From the NCBI GenBank assembly GCA_009914755.4, contig CP086569.2, positions 16,480,001 to 16,544,000 of the forward strand: a stretch of 64,000 nt of DNA, written 5' to 3'. The notes under the pieces were generated by a model. That model saw only the letters and a program-made list of their open reading frames with translations, did not search any database and was not told the origin of the DNA. The first letter of the stretch is position 1. Each line of letters opens with the position of its first letter. A program made the position numbers and the translations under genes. Shown here in pieces: positions 54,683 to 64,000 of the stretch. This DNA is from the human T2T-CHM13v2.0 reference genome, Homo sapiens.

Positions 54683-56261
54683 TAAATTGGTGCCAGTAAG
54701 GTAGGTGCTGCTGAAAAGATATCCAAAAATTTGAAAGTGACTCTGGAACTGGGCTACAGGCAGAGATTGGAACAGTTTGGAAGGCTCAAAAGAAGACAGG
54801 AAAATGTGGGAGAGTGTGGAACTCCCTAAAGAGTTGTTGAATGGCTTTGACCAAAATGCTGATAATGATATGGACAATGAAATCCAAGCTGAGGGGGTCC
54901 CAAATGCAGATGAGGGACTTGTTGTGAACTTGAGCAAAGTTGACCCTTGTGATGTTTTAGCAAAAGACTGGCAGCATTTTGTCCCTGCCCCAGAGATTTG
55001 AGGAACTTAGAACTTGAGAGAGATGATTTAGGATATCTGGCAAGGGAAACTTCTAAGAAGCAAAGCATTCGAGAGCTGACTTGGGTGCTGTTAAAGGCAT
55101 TCAGTTTTATAAAGGAAGTAGAGCATAAAAGCTCCTAAAATTTGCAACCTGACAATATAATAGAAAAGAAAATCCCATTTTCTGAGGAGAAATTCAAGCC
55201 AGCTGCAGAAATTTTCATAGCTAAAGAAGACTTGAAAGTTCATCCTCAAGAAAATGGGAAAAGTATCTCCAGGGCATGTCGGAGGTCTTCATGTCAGCCA
55301 CTCCCATGTCAGGCCCAAAGGCCTAGGAGGAAGTAGTGGATCTGTGGGCTGAGCCCACACCCCCCATGCTGTGTGCAGCCTTGGGACTTAGAGCCCTGTG
55401 TCCCAACTGCTCCAGTCATGCCTGAAAGGGGACAACATAGAGCTCCTTCCATAGCTTCAGAGGGTGGAAGCCCCAAGCCTTAGCAGCTTCCACATGGCAT
55501 TGAGTTTGTGAGTGAACAGAAGTCAAGAACTGAGGTTTGGGAATCTCTGCCTAGATTTCAGAAGATGTATGGAAACACCAGGATGCTCAGGCAGAAGTTT
55601 TCTGTAGGACTGGGACCCTCATGGGGAATATCTGCTAGGGGAGTGGAGAAGGCAAAAGTGGGGTCAGAGACTTCACACAGAGTCTCTCCTGGGGCACTGC
55701 CTACTGGAGCTGTGAGAAGAGGGTCACTGTCTTCCAGACCTCAGAGTGGTAGATCTACTGACACCTTGCACCGTGTTCCTGGAAAAGCCACAGACACTCA
55801 GTGCTAGTCTGTGAAAGCAGCCAGGAGAGTGGCTGTACCCTGTAAAGCCACAGGGGCAGAGCTTCTCAAGACTATGGGAACCTACCTCTTGCATCAGCAG
55901 GACCTGGATGTGAGACATGGAGTCAAGGAAGATCATTTTGGAGCTTTAAGATTTGCCCTGCTAGATTTCAGACTTGTGTGGGGTCTATAGCTTCTTTGTT
56001 TGACCAATTTCTCCCATTTGGAATGGCTGTGTTTACCCAATACCTGTATCACCATTGCATCTAGGAAGTGGCTAACTTGCTTTTGATTTTACAGGCTCAT
56101 AGGGGGAATGGACTGGCCTTGTCTCAGATCAGACTTTGGACTGTGGACATTTGAGTTAATATTGAAATGAGTTGAGAATTTAGGGGACTGTTGGGAGGGC
56201 ATGATTGGCTTTGAAATGTCAGGACATGAGATTTGGAGGTGTCAGGGGTGGAATAATATGC

Positions 56262-56622
56262 CTTGGCTCTCTCCCCTCTCAAAATTCATCTTGAATTTCA
56301 ATTCTTACCGTTCCTATGAGTCATGAAAGGAACCTGGTGGGAGGTAATTGAATCATGGAGTCAGATCCTTCTCATACTATTCTCGTGATAATAAATAAAT
56401 CTCATGATATTTGTTGGTTTTAAAAATGGGAGTTTCCATGCACAAACACACTCTCTTTGCCTGCTGGCAACAGTATAAGATGTGACTTGCTCCTCCTTGC
56501 CTTCTGCCATGATTGTGAGGCCTTCTCAGCCATGTGGAAGTGTAAGTCCATTAAACCTCTTTTTTTCTCCAGTCTTGGATATATATTTATTAGCAGCATG
56601 AAAACAGAGTAATATACCAGCT
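56262..56622 (+). repeat. MaLR 3' LTR
   Basis: aatatgccttggctctctcccctctcaaaattcatcttgaatttcaattcttaccgttcctatgagtcatgaaaggaacctggtgggaggtaattgaatcatggag...tgataataaataaatctcatgatatttgttgg...ccatgtggaagtgtaagtccattaaacctc...gcagcatgaaaacagagtaatata. Confidence 0.8.
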
Positions 56623-58830
56623 TATCCCAGCTCTAACTGACAACCTCAAATATAGAGATTTCTGGTCACTCTTCTTTGGGGGCTTCTTCTCAACCAGGCT
56701 CTGAATAATTAACTTCATTCTTAAACTTTCAACACAAACTTTACTTATCTCCTCTGGTTTGGCTGATAGTTTAAACTCATCTGAGACCTTTCCCCACTGC
56801 TCATAGTTTTACTTGGCCCTTTGAATGGAAATTAATCTCCTGTATTCATTCTTACTAGCTCCAGTAACTCTGTTTGCCCCCATTTCTACATGGGTATTTA
56901 TCAGAAACTCCTTATGTCTTTTAACTAAGATGCAATTACTTCTGCAAAACAATCTAGATAACATTATTCAAAAATTGAGTTGCCAACCTGATCTTTCAAA
57001 GAAGCATGCATTTTGAACTCTCTCTTTTCTGAGGTACAGATCACTCCAGACACCGTTACTGAGCTCGGCTACCATTCTGAATTACCTGAATAAAAATGAC
57101 TACCTTTTAAGAAGTTATTCCATAAGAATCATCATGGTCTAAATGTATCTATCCAATATATTTGTATAATTTTTCATTGACCTAAAAATGTCACTTTATA
57201 AGTGACTATTTTCATGTCATGAACATTTGTATGCACTTCTCTTTTTAGAGGTCAATGTCTTATCTTTCTTTAGGCTATTCTGAAATAAACAAAATAGCTC
57301 ATGGAATTTCCTATGTTAGAAGATTGCAAGATTTCCACATGTTCTAGACTTCAAGTGATACACTGGTATATTTGGAAAGGTATATTTCTAGTAACAAAAA
57401 AGAAATGAAAATGCAGACATACCTAGTTCTGGGAATAAAAATACTGGATCCACAAGGGAAAATGTAATTTTTTTCTTGGAGATAGTACAGGCTTAGAATA
57501 ACTTTAATCCATGTTAGAGGATAAGCATAGGAACAGAGTCTTGGCCTAACTAAAATTATTTATCCCAAAAAATATATAACATAGTTTTCAATTATTCAAG
57601 ACATCACATACTTGGTGGTTTGTCAATGATAAATAAACTTTAGCTATATAATTAAATCCTTAAAAAGGACAAAATAATTTGTGTGTGTTTGCTCTTATTC
57701 CTCATTCAAGTTGATTATTTCCTTGTTATCTGAACAGTTTGACATTTTGCCAACAGTTTTCCCAAGCTTGATGTCTGAAGAAGGTATAGATATTCAAGGT
57801 GAAGTACAGAATAAATGTGAGCTAATTTATTGATGCTGGCATCAGGAATTAAATAACTAGTTGTTACTGACTTACTAGACTGCTAGACATGCCACAGAGG
57901 ATCTCAACTCTATATAATTCTTAAATGAAAGAATGACGATTTTGGGGACTCAAAATGCAGTCAAATTTCTTAGTCACATTATTTACTTATGTAAGCATTT
58001 ACACAAATTAGTATTTAGTTTTAAAACTATTTTTGAATATATAGAGTTTGATGGATCTCTTTCAGAACCAACTTTTACTTTCATGGGTTTATTTTTATTC
58101 TGTTGTTATTTCTTCATTTGAACACAGTTTATTGGTGGCCTTTTTAGTCTTCACCTCTTTAATGATAGTGCTTTCTTCTGTTCAATCCCATGAGCAAGAT
58201 GACCACCAGCATCAGCCTTCAGAGGAGCCTGTGGACTCTGGCTGAGGTCCCACAGGATTTGGCTTGGAAATGACCATGTATCAGTCAGCTGTTTCCATAA
58301 TAATGCTACATAACAAGCTAGCCTCTAATGCAGTGTATACAAACACACATTTATTCTCATGCTCATTTTTCTGAGGGTTATCTGTTGTGGTTTTACTCCA
58401 CGTGTTATATTTAGAGCCAAACTTGGAGGCACAGGACAGAGCACCCAGAGGGAAGCAAACTGCTTTGCAGAAGTAACACAAGCGGTCTTTCAGATTTAAG
58501 CCTGTAAGTGTCATTTCTGTCTACATTTGTTTTGTCAGACCATGCAGCAGTGTCTGGAGTTTGAGGGAGATTATACTAGTTTTTTATTGCTGTGTAATAA
58601 ATTACCACAAACATAGTAGTCTAAAACCATACAATTTATTATCTCAGCTCCATAGGCCAGAAATGCAAGACAGCTAAGATGGTATCTCAGCTCCAAGTCT
58701 TACCAGAATGAAATTTATGAATCATCTGTGACTTCTGATCTCACCTGGAGCTGGAGGTTCTCTGCCAAGATCAATAATTATTCGTAGAATTATTTTTCTT
58801 CTCACACTACTCACATGGTTTCCTCCATCT

Positions 58831-59100
58831 TTTTTTTACTTAAGAAAGGATCTCACTCTGTCACCCAGACTGAAGTGCAGTGGTATGATCATGGCTCACT
58901 GCAGCCTTGACCTCCCTGTGCTCAGGTGATCCTCCCATTTCAACCTCTCGAGTAGCTAGGACTACAGGTGTCCACCACCATGCCAGGCCAATGCATTATT
59001 TTTTCGCATTTTTTGTAGAAATGTTTTTTTTTTCCATCTTGCCCAGGCTGATCTTAGACTCCTGGGATCAAAAAATCCTCAGCCCCTCAAAGTAGCCACC
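58831..59100 (-). mobile_element. Alu SINE (minus strand, with a small internal insertion)
   Basis: ttttttttacttaagaaaggatctcactctgtcacccagactgaagtgcagtggtatgatcatggctcactgcagccttgacctcc...gtagctaggactacaggtgtccaccaccatgccaggcc...ttgcccaggctgatcttagactcctgggatcaaaaaatcctcagcccctcaaagtagcc. Confidence 0.85.
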
Positions 59101-59631
59101 ACAACAGACCAGGGTCTTCGATCTCTAAAACAGCAATGGCAGGTCAAATACTTCCCACACTTCAAATCTCTCTGATGTTATCCTCTTTCTTTTTTTACTT
59201 CTAAGAGCTCATGTTATTACACTGAATCCATCAGGTAATTCAGGATAATCTCCAATTGAGTAGGAATCTTCTTAAGTGAGCTTGAATAATCTTATTCAGT
59301 GAGAAGATAAGTTCAACTCATTTAGCTGAAGTTATTCCACTTATTATAACTGGGAAGATACATTCAACTGATTACTGACTTTAATTACATCTGCAGAGTC
59401 CCTTTTACTAGGTAACCTACTTGTATCCACAGGCACATCACCAGGAAGTAAAACAGTCATGATGGTGAAAATTCTACCTACCCCTGAAACAGAAGAAAAT
59501 ATTTGCTGAACAATCTCCTAGCACTACTTTGACCTAAAACACCACCATGACCCCATCAGTGTTCTTTTTCCACGTTAGCAACTTTGGGAAATGAGGCTAT
59601 TTCAACTTTTTAAAATATCTTATTGGTTACC

Positions 59632-59850
59632 ACCCTGGGAAACGTGTGAGACCATGTCTCTACAAAAATATTCAAAAGTTAGCTGGTGTGATGGCACATG
59701 CCTATATTCCTAGCTACTCAGGAGGCTTAGGTGGGAGGATGACTTAAGCATAGGAGTTTGAGGCTTCAGTTACCTATGATCACACAACTACACTGTGTCT
59801 TGGGTGACAGAGAGAGACTCTGTCTCTAAAAAATAAAATAAAATATACAA
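59632..59850 (+). mobile_element. Partial Alu (end of left arm plus right arm)
   Basis: ccctgggaaacgtgtgagaccatgtctctacaaaaatattcaaaagttagctggtgtgatggcacatgcctatattcctagctactcaggaggcttaggtgggaggatgacttaagcataggagtttgaggcttcagt...tgggtgacagagagagactctgtctctaaaaaataaaataaaat. Confidence 0.8.
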
Positions 59851-60545
59851 AATAAAATATTTCACTGGCTAGAATGTAGTCACATGACCAAGCCATAGAG
59901 AAGTCTGGGAAATGTAGTCTTTAGCCGACTAGCTACATGCTCAGATAAAAAAAAATTATAATTGTGAAAGACATGCAGAATAAATCTTGGCTTAACACTG
60001 CAAGTAGTAAAGTCTGCTGGTGTTAATCTAATATCTGTTGTAATGACTTACTTACATTCTAGTATGTCACCAGCCTTGTTTGCATTAGATCATTTTATTC
60101 TTATACTATATCCTTGAGGGAGTGACAGTTTTCTCAATTAACAACTGAGAAAAACCTGTGACATTTGAGGGTATCAGTGCTGAGTGGGTGGGTAAAGTAG
60201 GGAAGAAATTCCAGGCAGAAGGTGGAAGGGGAAACGAGGAAGACAGGGTAAAATATTATTCTACAGTTCAGCAATTGTTCCTTTAATGTTCTTGGGCCTA
60301 TGTCTGTGCATGTATCTGAATTTGTGTGTGTTTATGTGTCAGTGTATGTGAGTATGCTTTTGTATGTATTAATTATGAGGGCTGAAAATGAGAGCTATGG
60401 TTCAAGAGGATAGCAATGTAAGGTTTTAAGAAGGGGCTAAAATGTTTCTCAGAAATTAAACTTTGGAGCTGTTTCTTTGTTGCACCTTTGGTGCCTACAG
60501 AACCTATATGAAACACCTGGGTGAAAGGTGGTATACATAAAAGTG

Positions 60546-60826
60546 ATGGTGGCTCACCCCTGTAATCAGAGCACTTTTGGAGGTCAAGGTGGAAGGATTG
60601 CTTGAGCCCAGGAGTCTGAGATCTGCAACCCAGTAAGACCTTGTCTTTACAAAAAAACAAAACAAATTATGCAGCTGGGCATAATTGTGCATGTCTTTAA
60701 TTCCAACTACTTGGGAGGCTGAGAAGGAAGGATCAATTGAGCCTATGAATTTGAGGCTTCAGTGAGCCATCATGATGTGACTGCACTCCAGCTTGGGCAA
60801 CAAAGTGAAACCCTGTCTCAGAAAAA
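60546..60826 (+). mobile_element. Alu SINE (diverged, older subfamily)
   Basis: gtggctcacccctgtaatcagagcacttttggaggtcaaggtggaaggattgcttgagcccaggagtctgagatctgcaaccc...cagctgggcataattgtgcatgtctttaattccaactacttgggaggctgagaaggaaggatcaattgagcctatgaatttgaggcttcagtgagccatcatgatgtgactgcactccagcttgggcaacaaagtgaaaccctgtctcagaaaaaag. Confidence 0.85.
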
Positions 60827-62687
60827 AGTATGGTTAATTAAAACAAGTCACTCAATATATCACTGCCTAGACAAGGGATACCCAAAACTATATATCTGAA
60901 GGGAAAAAAATACTTTCTTCTGTATGATGTTATATAAAACTGCAGAAATGCTTCCTTATGTTTCTGCAATTTACACTCCTGTAATCCAAAGAGGAAAAGT
61001 AATGAATATGCATGGAGTTTTCCTTCCAGAATTGAAAGGATCCTTTTTGCAAAGGGCTCATGTTTATTCTGGGATAAATAAGGATGATAGAACTCTTCTG
61101 CGGAGGGCCTCAGCCCTGTTTCTCCCCACTTCTTGCCTCCTTCATTTGCATGGAATGTCTTTGGAAGAGCCTCCAACATCATGTCACAAGGCAAATGTAA
61201 GTCGCATTAGGACTATAAATGAATTGGAGAAGTAGCAGATTTAATAAACTGGTTACTGTCTTGAGATATGACATCTGTACCAACCAATATATCTCCTTCC
61301 TCCTTATTTACTCTGAGGCACTGTATAAAATGTTCCACCATCAAATAAATGATGGCAGAATAGAAAGCAGAGGTGCTATAAATTTCATGCTTGGCAGCTT
61401 GCACTAGATGTATTTCAATGTAATGAGTCAACCTAGAACTCTTTTCTAGAATGACCCCTGTTGAAGCCCCTATTTAGAAGCTGTGCTTGCTTCTGAATGA
61501 GGTGATGAGAAGCTTGGAATAGGATTAGATAATGGATATATGTGCAGGCTGCTAAGATGTATATGGCCTGTGGGGTTTGCTGTTAATGCAGGAGCTGGGC
61601 TAGTCCAATTTCTTGCCAGCAATTTTAAATTGGGAACTTCAGAAACAGAGTCACGTATCTGGGAGAATGCAAACCAAAACATTGTGATTCTGCGAAGATA
61701 TGGCTTGTTAGTTCCTTGGGTGCTGGGTTCTTCCTGGTTTCCTTTCTCTGGATTTCCTGAAGTTTCCATGGCCTCTTATAATAACATGCTCTACTTGCCC
61801 AACATGGGTTTTCTCAAGAGGGTATCTGATTTTACAAGAAAAACAAAAACAAAAAAAACAACATTCATTCTTTATGCAAAAATTAATTAATATGCACTGA
61901 CTCTTTGCTAGGCACCAGGCAGTATTCTAAAAGCTTGATGGATATTGACTCTGTTATTTCTCAAAGGACATTATTAGGTATTTTAACTACATTTTAAAAT
62001 GTAGAAACTTATGCCAAGAAAGGCATATTCTTCAGTGAGACTCGGACACCACAACCTTAGCCTGTATATTATGACACCAATCAGAGAGGTTCATTGGAAA
62101 GAGTTAAGTTATATATTATACTGAAGGAAATGTGAATTCTATACCTGGTGTATTTTATGTACTAGTTGATTTATTTATAATATAAGGATCTCCACTTTCC
62201 TGGAATACCCACTGGACTGAGTACATTAAAATATAAGTGGATCCCAAGCCAAGGATTTCAGTTAATTCAACTGATGACTGCTGTTGGATATTCCTGAAGA
62301 GAGGGTGGAGCTAGAGGAAAAAAAAAGAGAAAGCTGTGAGTATCAGGGAACAATGATGATGACAACTGTTGCAATAATAATGTAATGACAACAGTTGCAA
62401 TAATAATGTAAGGAACAGTATTAAGTGACCAAGGAAAATTGCCCAGTAGACTATAACTGGATAAGGAGTGGGTTTGAATGAGTTGAGTGAAAGAGTAAGA
62501 GTAAAAGGTGAGGGCAGAACTCACTCCTGTGAGTACCAGGGGCAAAAGCCTCACTCACATTCTTACCCTCATACTTCTCCAAGTCTTCCTTCCCTGGGCA
62601 AGATCTCCCCCACTCTCTCGCCTCACACTGAGGCAGAGAACATAGTCCTTGAAGCTTCACAAACCTACATTTAAAACTCCATGTCTG

Positions 62688-62838
62688 GACTGGATGCAGT
62701 GGTACACACATGTAATCTACCATTTTGGAAGGTCAAGGAGAGAGCATCACTTGAAGCCCGGAGTTCAAGCCTGCAGTGAGTTGGATTGCACCACTGCACT
62801 ACAGCCTGGGTGACAAAGCAAGACCCTGTTTCTAAAAA
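62688..62838 (+). mobile_element. Alu with internal deletion (left-arm start joined to right-arm end) / FLAM-like
   Basis: ggactggatgcagtggtacacacatgtaatctaccattttggaaggtcaaggagagagcatcacttgaagcccggagttcaagcctgcagtgagttggattgcaccactgcactacagcctgggtgacaaagcaagaccctgtttctaaaaa. Confidence 0.7.
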
Positions 62839-63694
62839 TATATATGAAAAAAATTAAAAATTCCATGGCTGCCAGTTTTGTGATTTTGTTCTCAGTTTCT
62901 CTTTTGTAACATGGATGTATGGACATCAGTTACCTTGGAGGTTCACACTGTAACATAATGAATACACACACATATATAAAAGTGTTTGCAGTATCTATAA
63001 TGTATGCCTAACACTCATTTCTCAACATGCATTGTAATCCACCTATACAGGTGTCACGGAATACTTGGAGTGTTGTTTCACTAGCCAGAAACATCTGGGG
63101 CTGACGGGACCTTCTGCTTGGGTGTTGCTTGCACGCACTGAGCTTATTCCACCAACTCAGCCATGCAGGCGGCATTTGGCTCATGATACCAGCACAGTTC
63201 CCACAATTGCCAAGCATGAGCCAGGCGCAGAGTGGTTAAGGGCGTGTGGGTGAAAGAGCGCAGGGTCCAGCTATTGCACACAGCCAGGCATGTTCACTGC
63301 TGCGGAGGGGCAGGCAGCTTAAGGCATTGACACAGGTGGCAGCTTTTTGAGAGTTTGTGCTGAACCAGACATACAGCACAAAGCTTCCACTGTGGGCACC
63401 TGCATCTGGACAAGGGGAACACAGTGGCACCTGGAAGCTTAGAGACGCCAGGAAGTGCAGAACCCCAAAGAGGTTGTCACAGCCGTGGCTCAGGGAGCCT
63501 CTAGGTTGGGCTCCAAAAAAGAATGCAGCTCTTCTTTCCTTCTCATCAGCTGTAACATGTTGATTGGGGCACATGTTTCAGTCCTGTTTGTGTTACAGCT
63601 CTTTTAGTCCTGCCATTCAGTGGGTCCTGCATTCTTGTCCCGTGTCCAGAAAGAATAAAGTATGTGGACCTGCAAGGCAGAGAGGAGCTTCGCT

Positions 63695-64000
63695 GAGTGG
63701 CAGAACAGTTCTAGGGAGACCCAGAGTGGGAAGCTTCTTTTCACAGGCAGGTCGTCCCAATGTCTGTGCCACTCTCAGCAGAGAAGATACTTGCAGTGGG
63801 TAGGTCCCCTTTGGAAGTAGGTCATCCTAATGTCTGTGCAGCCCTCAGTGGAGAAGAGACCTAGAGTGGGTAACTTCTATTTGCAGACAGGTCATCCTGC
63901 CTTCCTTGCAGCTCTCAGTGGAGAGGAGACCCAGAATGGGTAGCTCCTATCTGCAACAGGTTATTCCTTTGTCTGCCTGAATCTGGCTGAGTCTGGGGTC
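63695..64000 (+). repeat. ~70-bp-period minisatellite (at least 4 units, diverged), truncated by the window end
   Basis: Recurring blocks: ggtcgtcccaatgtctgtgccactctcagcagagaagatacttgcagtgggta / ggtcatcctaatgtctgtgcagccctcagtggagaagagacctagagtgggta / ggtcatcctgccttccttgcagctctcagtggagaggagacccagaatgggta, each 70 bp apart. A partial unit (cagaacagttctagggagacccagagtggga) precedes them. Confidence 0.8.

Larger units (their letters stand above)
54304..56622 (+). mobile_element. Full-length ERVL-MaLR element (THE1/MST-type), LTR-internal-LTR, plus orientation, apparent 5-bp TSD CCAGC
   Basis: 5' LTR 54304-54682 (tgatatggattggctgtgtcaccactcaaatctcatcttgaattgcaactccc...ggtgattgaataatggcgacagatctttcccatgctgttcccatgatagtgaataagtctcatgagatctgatgg...ccacatggaactgtaagtccaataaacctctttcacttgtaaattgcccagtcttgggtatgtctttatcaacaacattaaaacaaactaatacaa). 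Internal region 54683-56261 carries a gag-like remnant peptide (LNGFDQNADNDMDNEIQAEGVPNADEGLVVNLSKVDPCDVLAKDWQHF). 3' LTR 56262-56622. Flanks ...atccagc | tgatatgg and ...aatatac | cagc. Confidence 0.85.

Overview
This window reads as primate (human-like) genomic DNA from an AT-rich, gene-poor, repeat-dense region. I found no prokaryotic-style gene system, CRISPR array, rRNA or tRNA, and no intact protein-coding gene. About half or more of the sequence is recognisable interspersed repeats. Main items: (1) At least 15 Alu SINEs, including a near-consensus AluY with perfect target-site duplications (TSDs) at 21729-22034. (2) A near full-length L1 on the minus strand at 11504-17479, with 13-bp TSDs and disrupted ORFs. 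(3) A 13.5-kb block at 36863-50330 that resolves into one old full-length L1 carrying two younger nested L1 insertions; each of the three events has its own TSD. (4) Several shorter L1 3' fragments. (5) Two full-length ERVL-MaLR (THE1/MST-type) LTR-internal-LTR elements in opposite orientations (29893-32219 minus, 54304-56622 plus) and a solo MaLR LTR at 3767-4134. (6) Simple repeats: (GAAA)n, (AAAT)n, a 21-bp tandem triplication and a ~70-bp minisatellite that runs off the 3' window edge. The only gene-derived sequence I recognise is a degenerate fragment, on the plus strand at ~19689-20330, homologous to the last two coding exons of steroid sulfatase (STS). It has an in-frame stop and indels, so I call it an STS-like pseudogene. 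This is compatible with the Y-linked STSP1 locus or another X/Y arylsulfatase-block paralog, but that assignment is inference only. Almost all long ORFs in the six-frame track are L1 ORF1/ORF2 remnants or chance ORFs in AT-rich DNA. I see nothing that supports an undescribed biological system. The most interesting items are the pseudogene, the nested-L1 reconstruction, a ~130-bp inverted repeat flanking 1.1 kb, and the edge minisatellite. Coordinates of repeat boundaries are by-eye estimates, good to roughly +/-10 bp.
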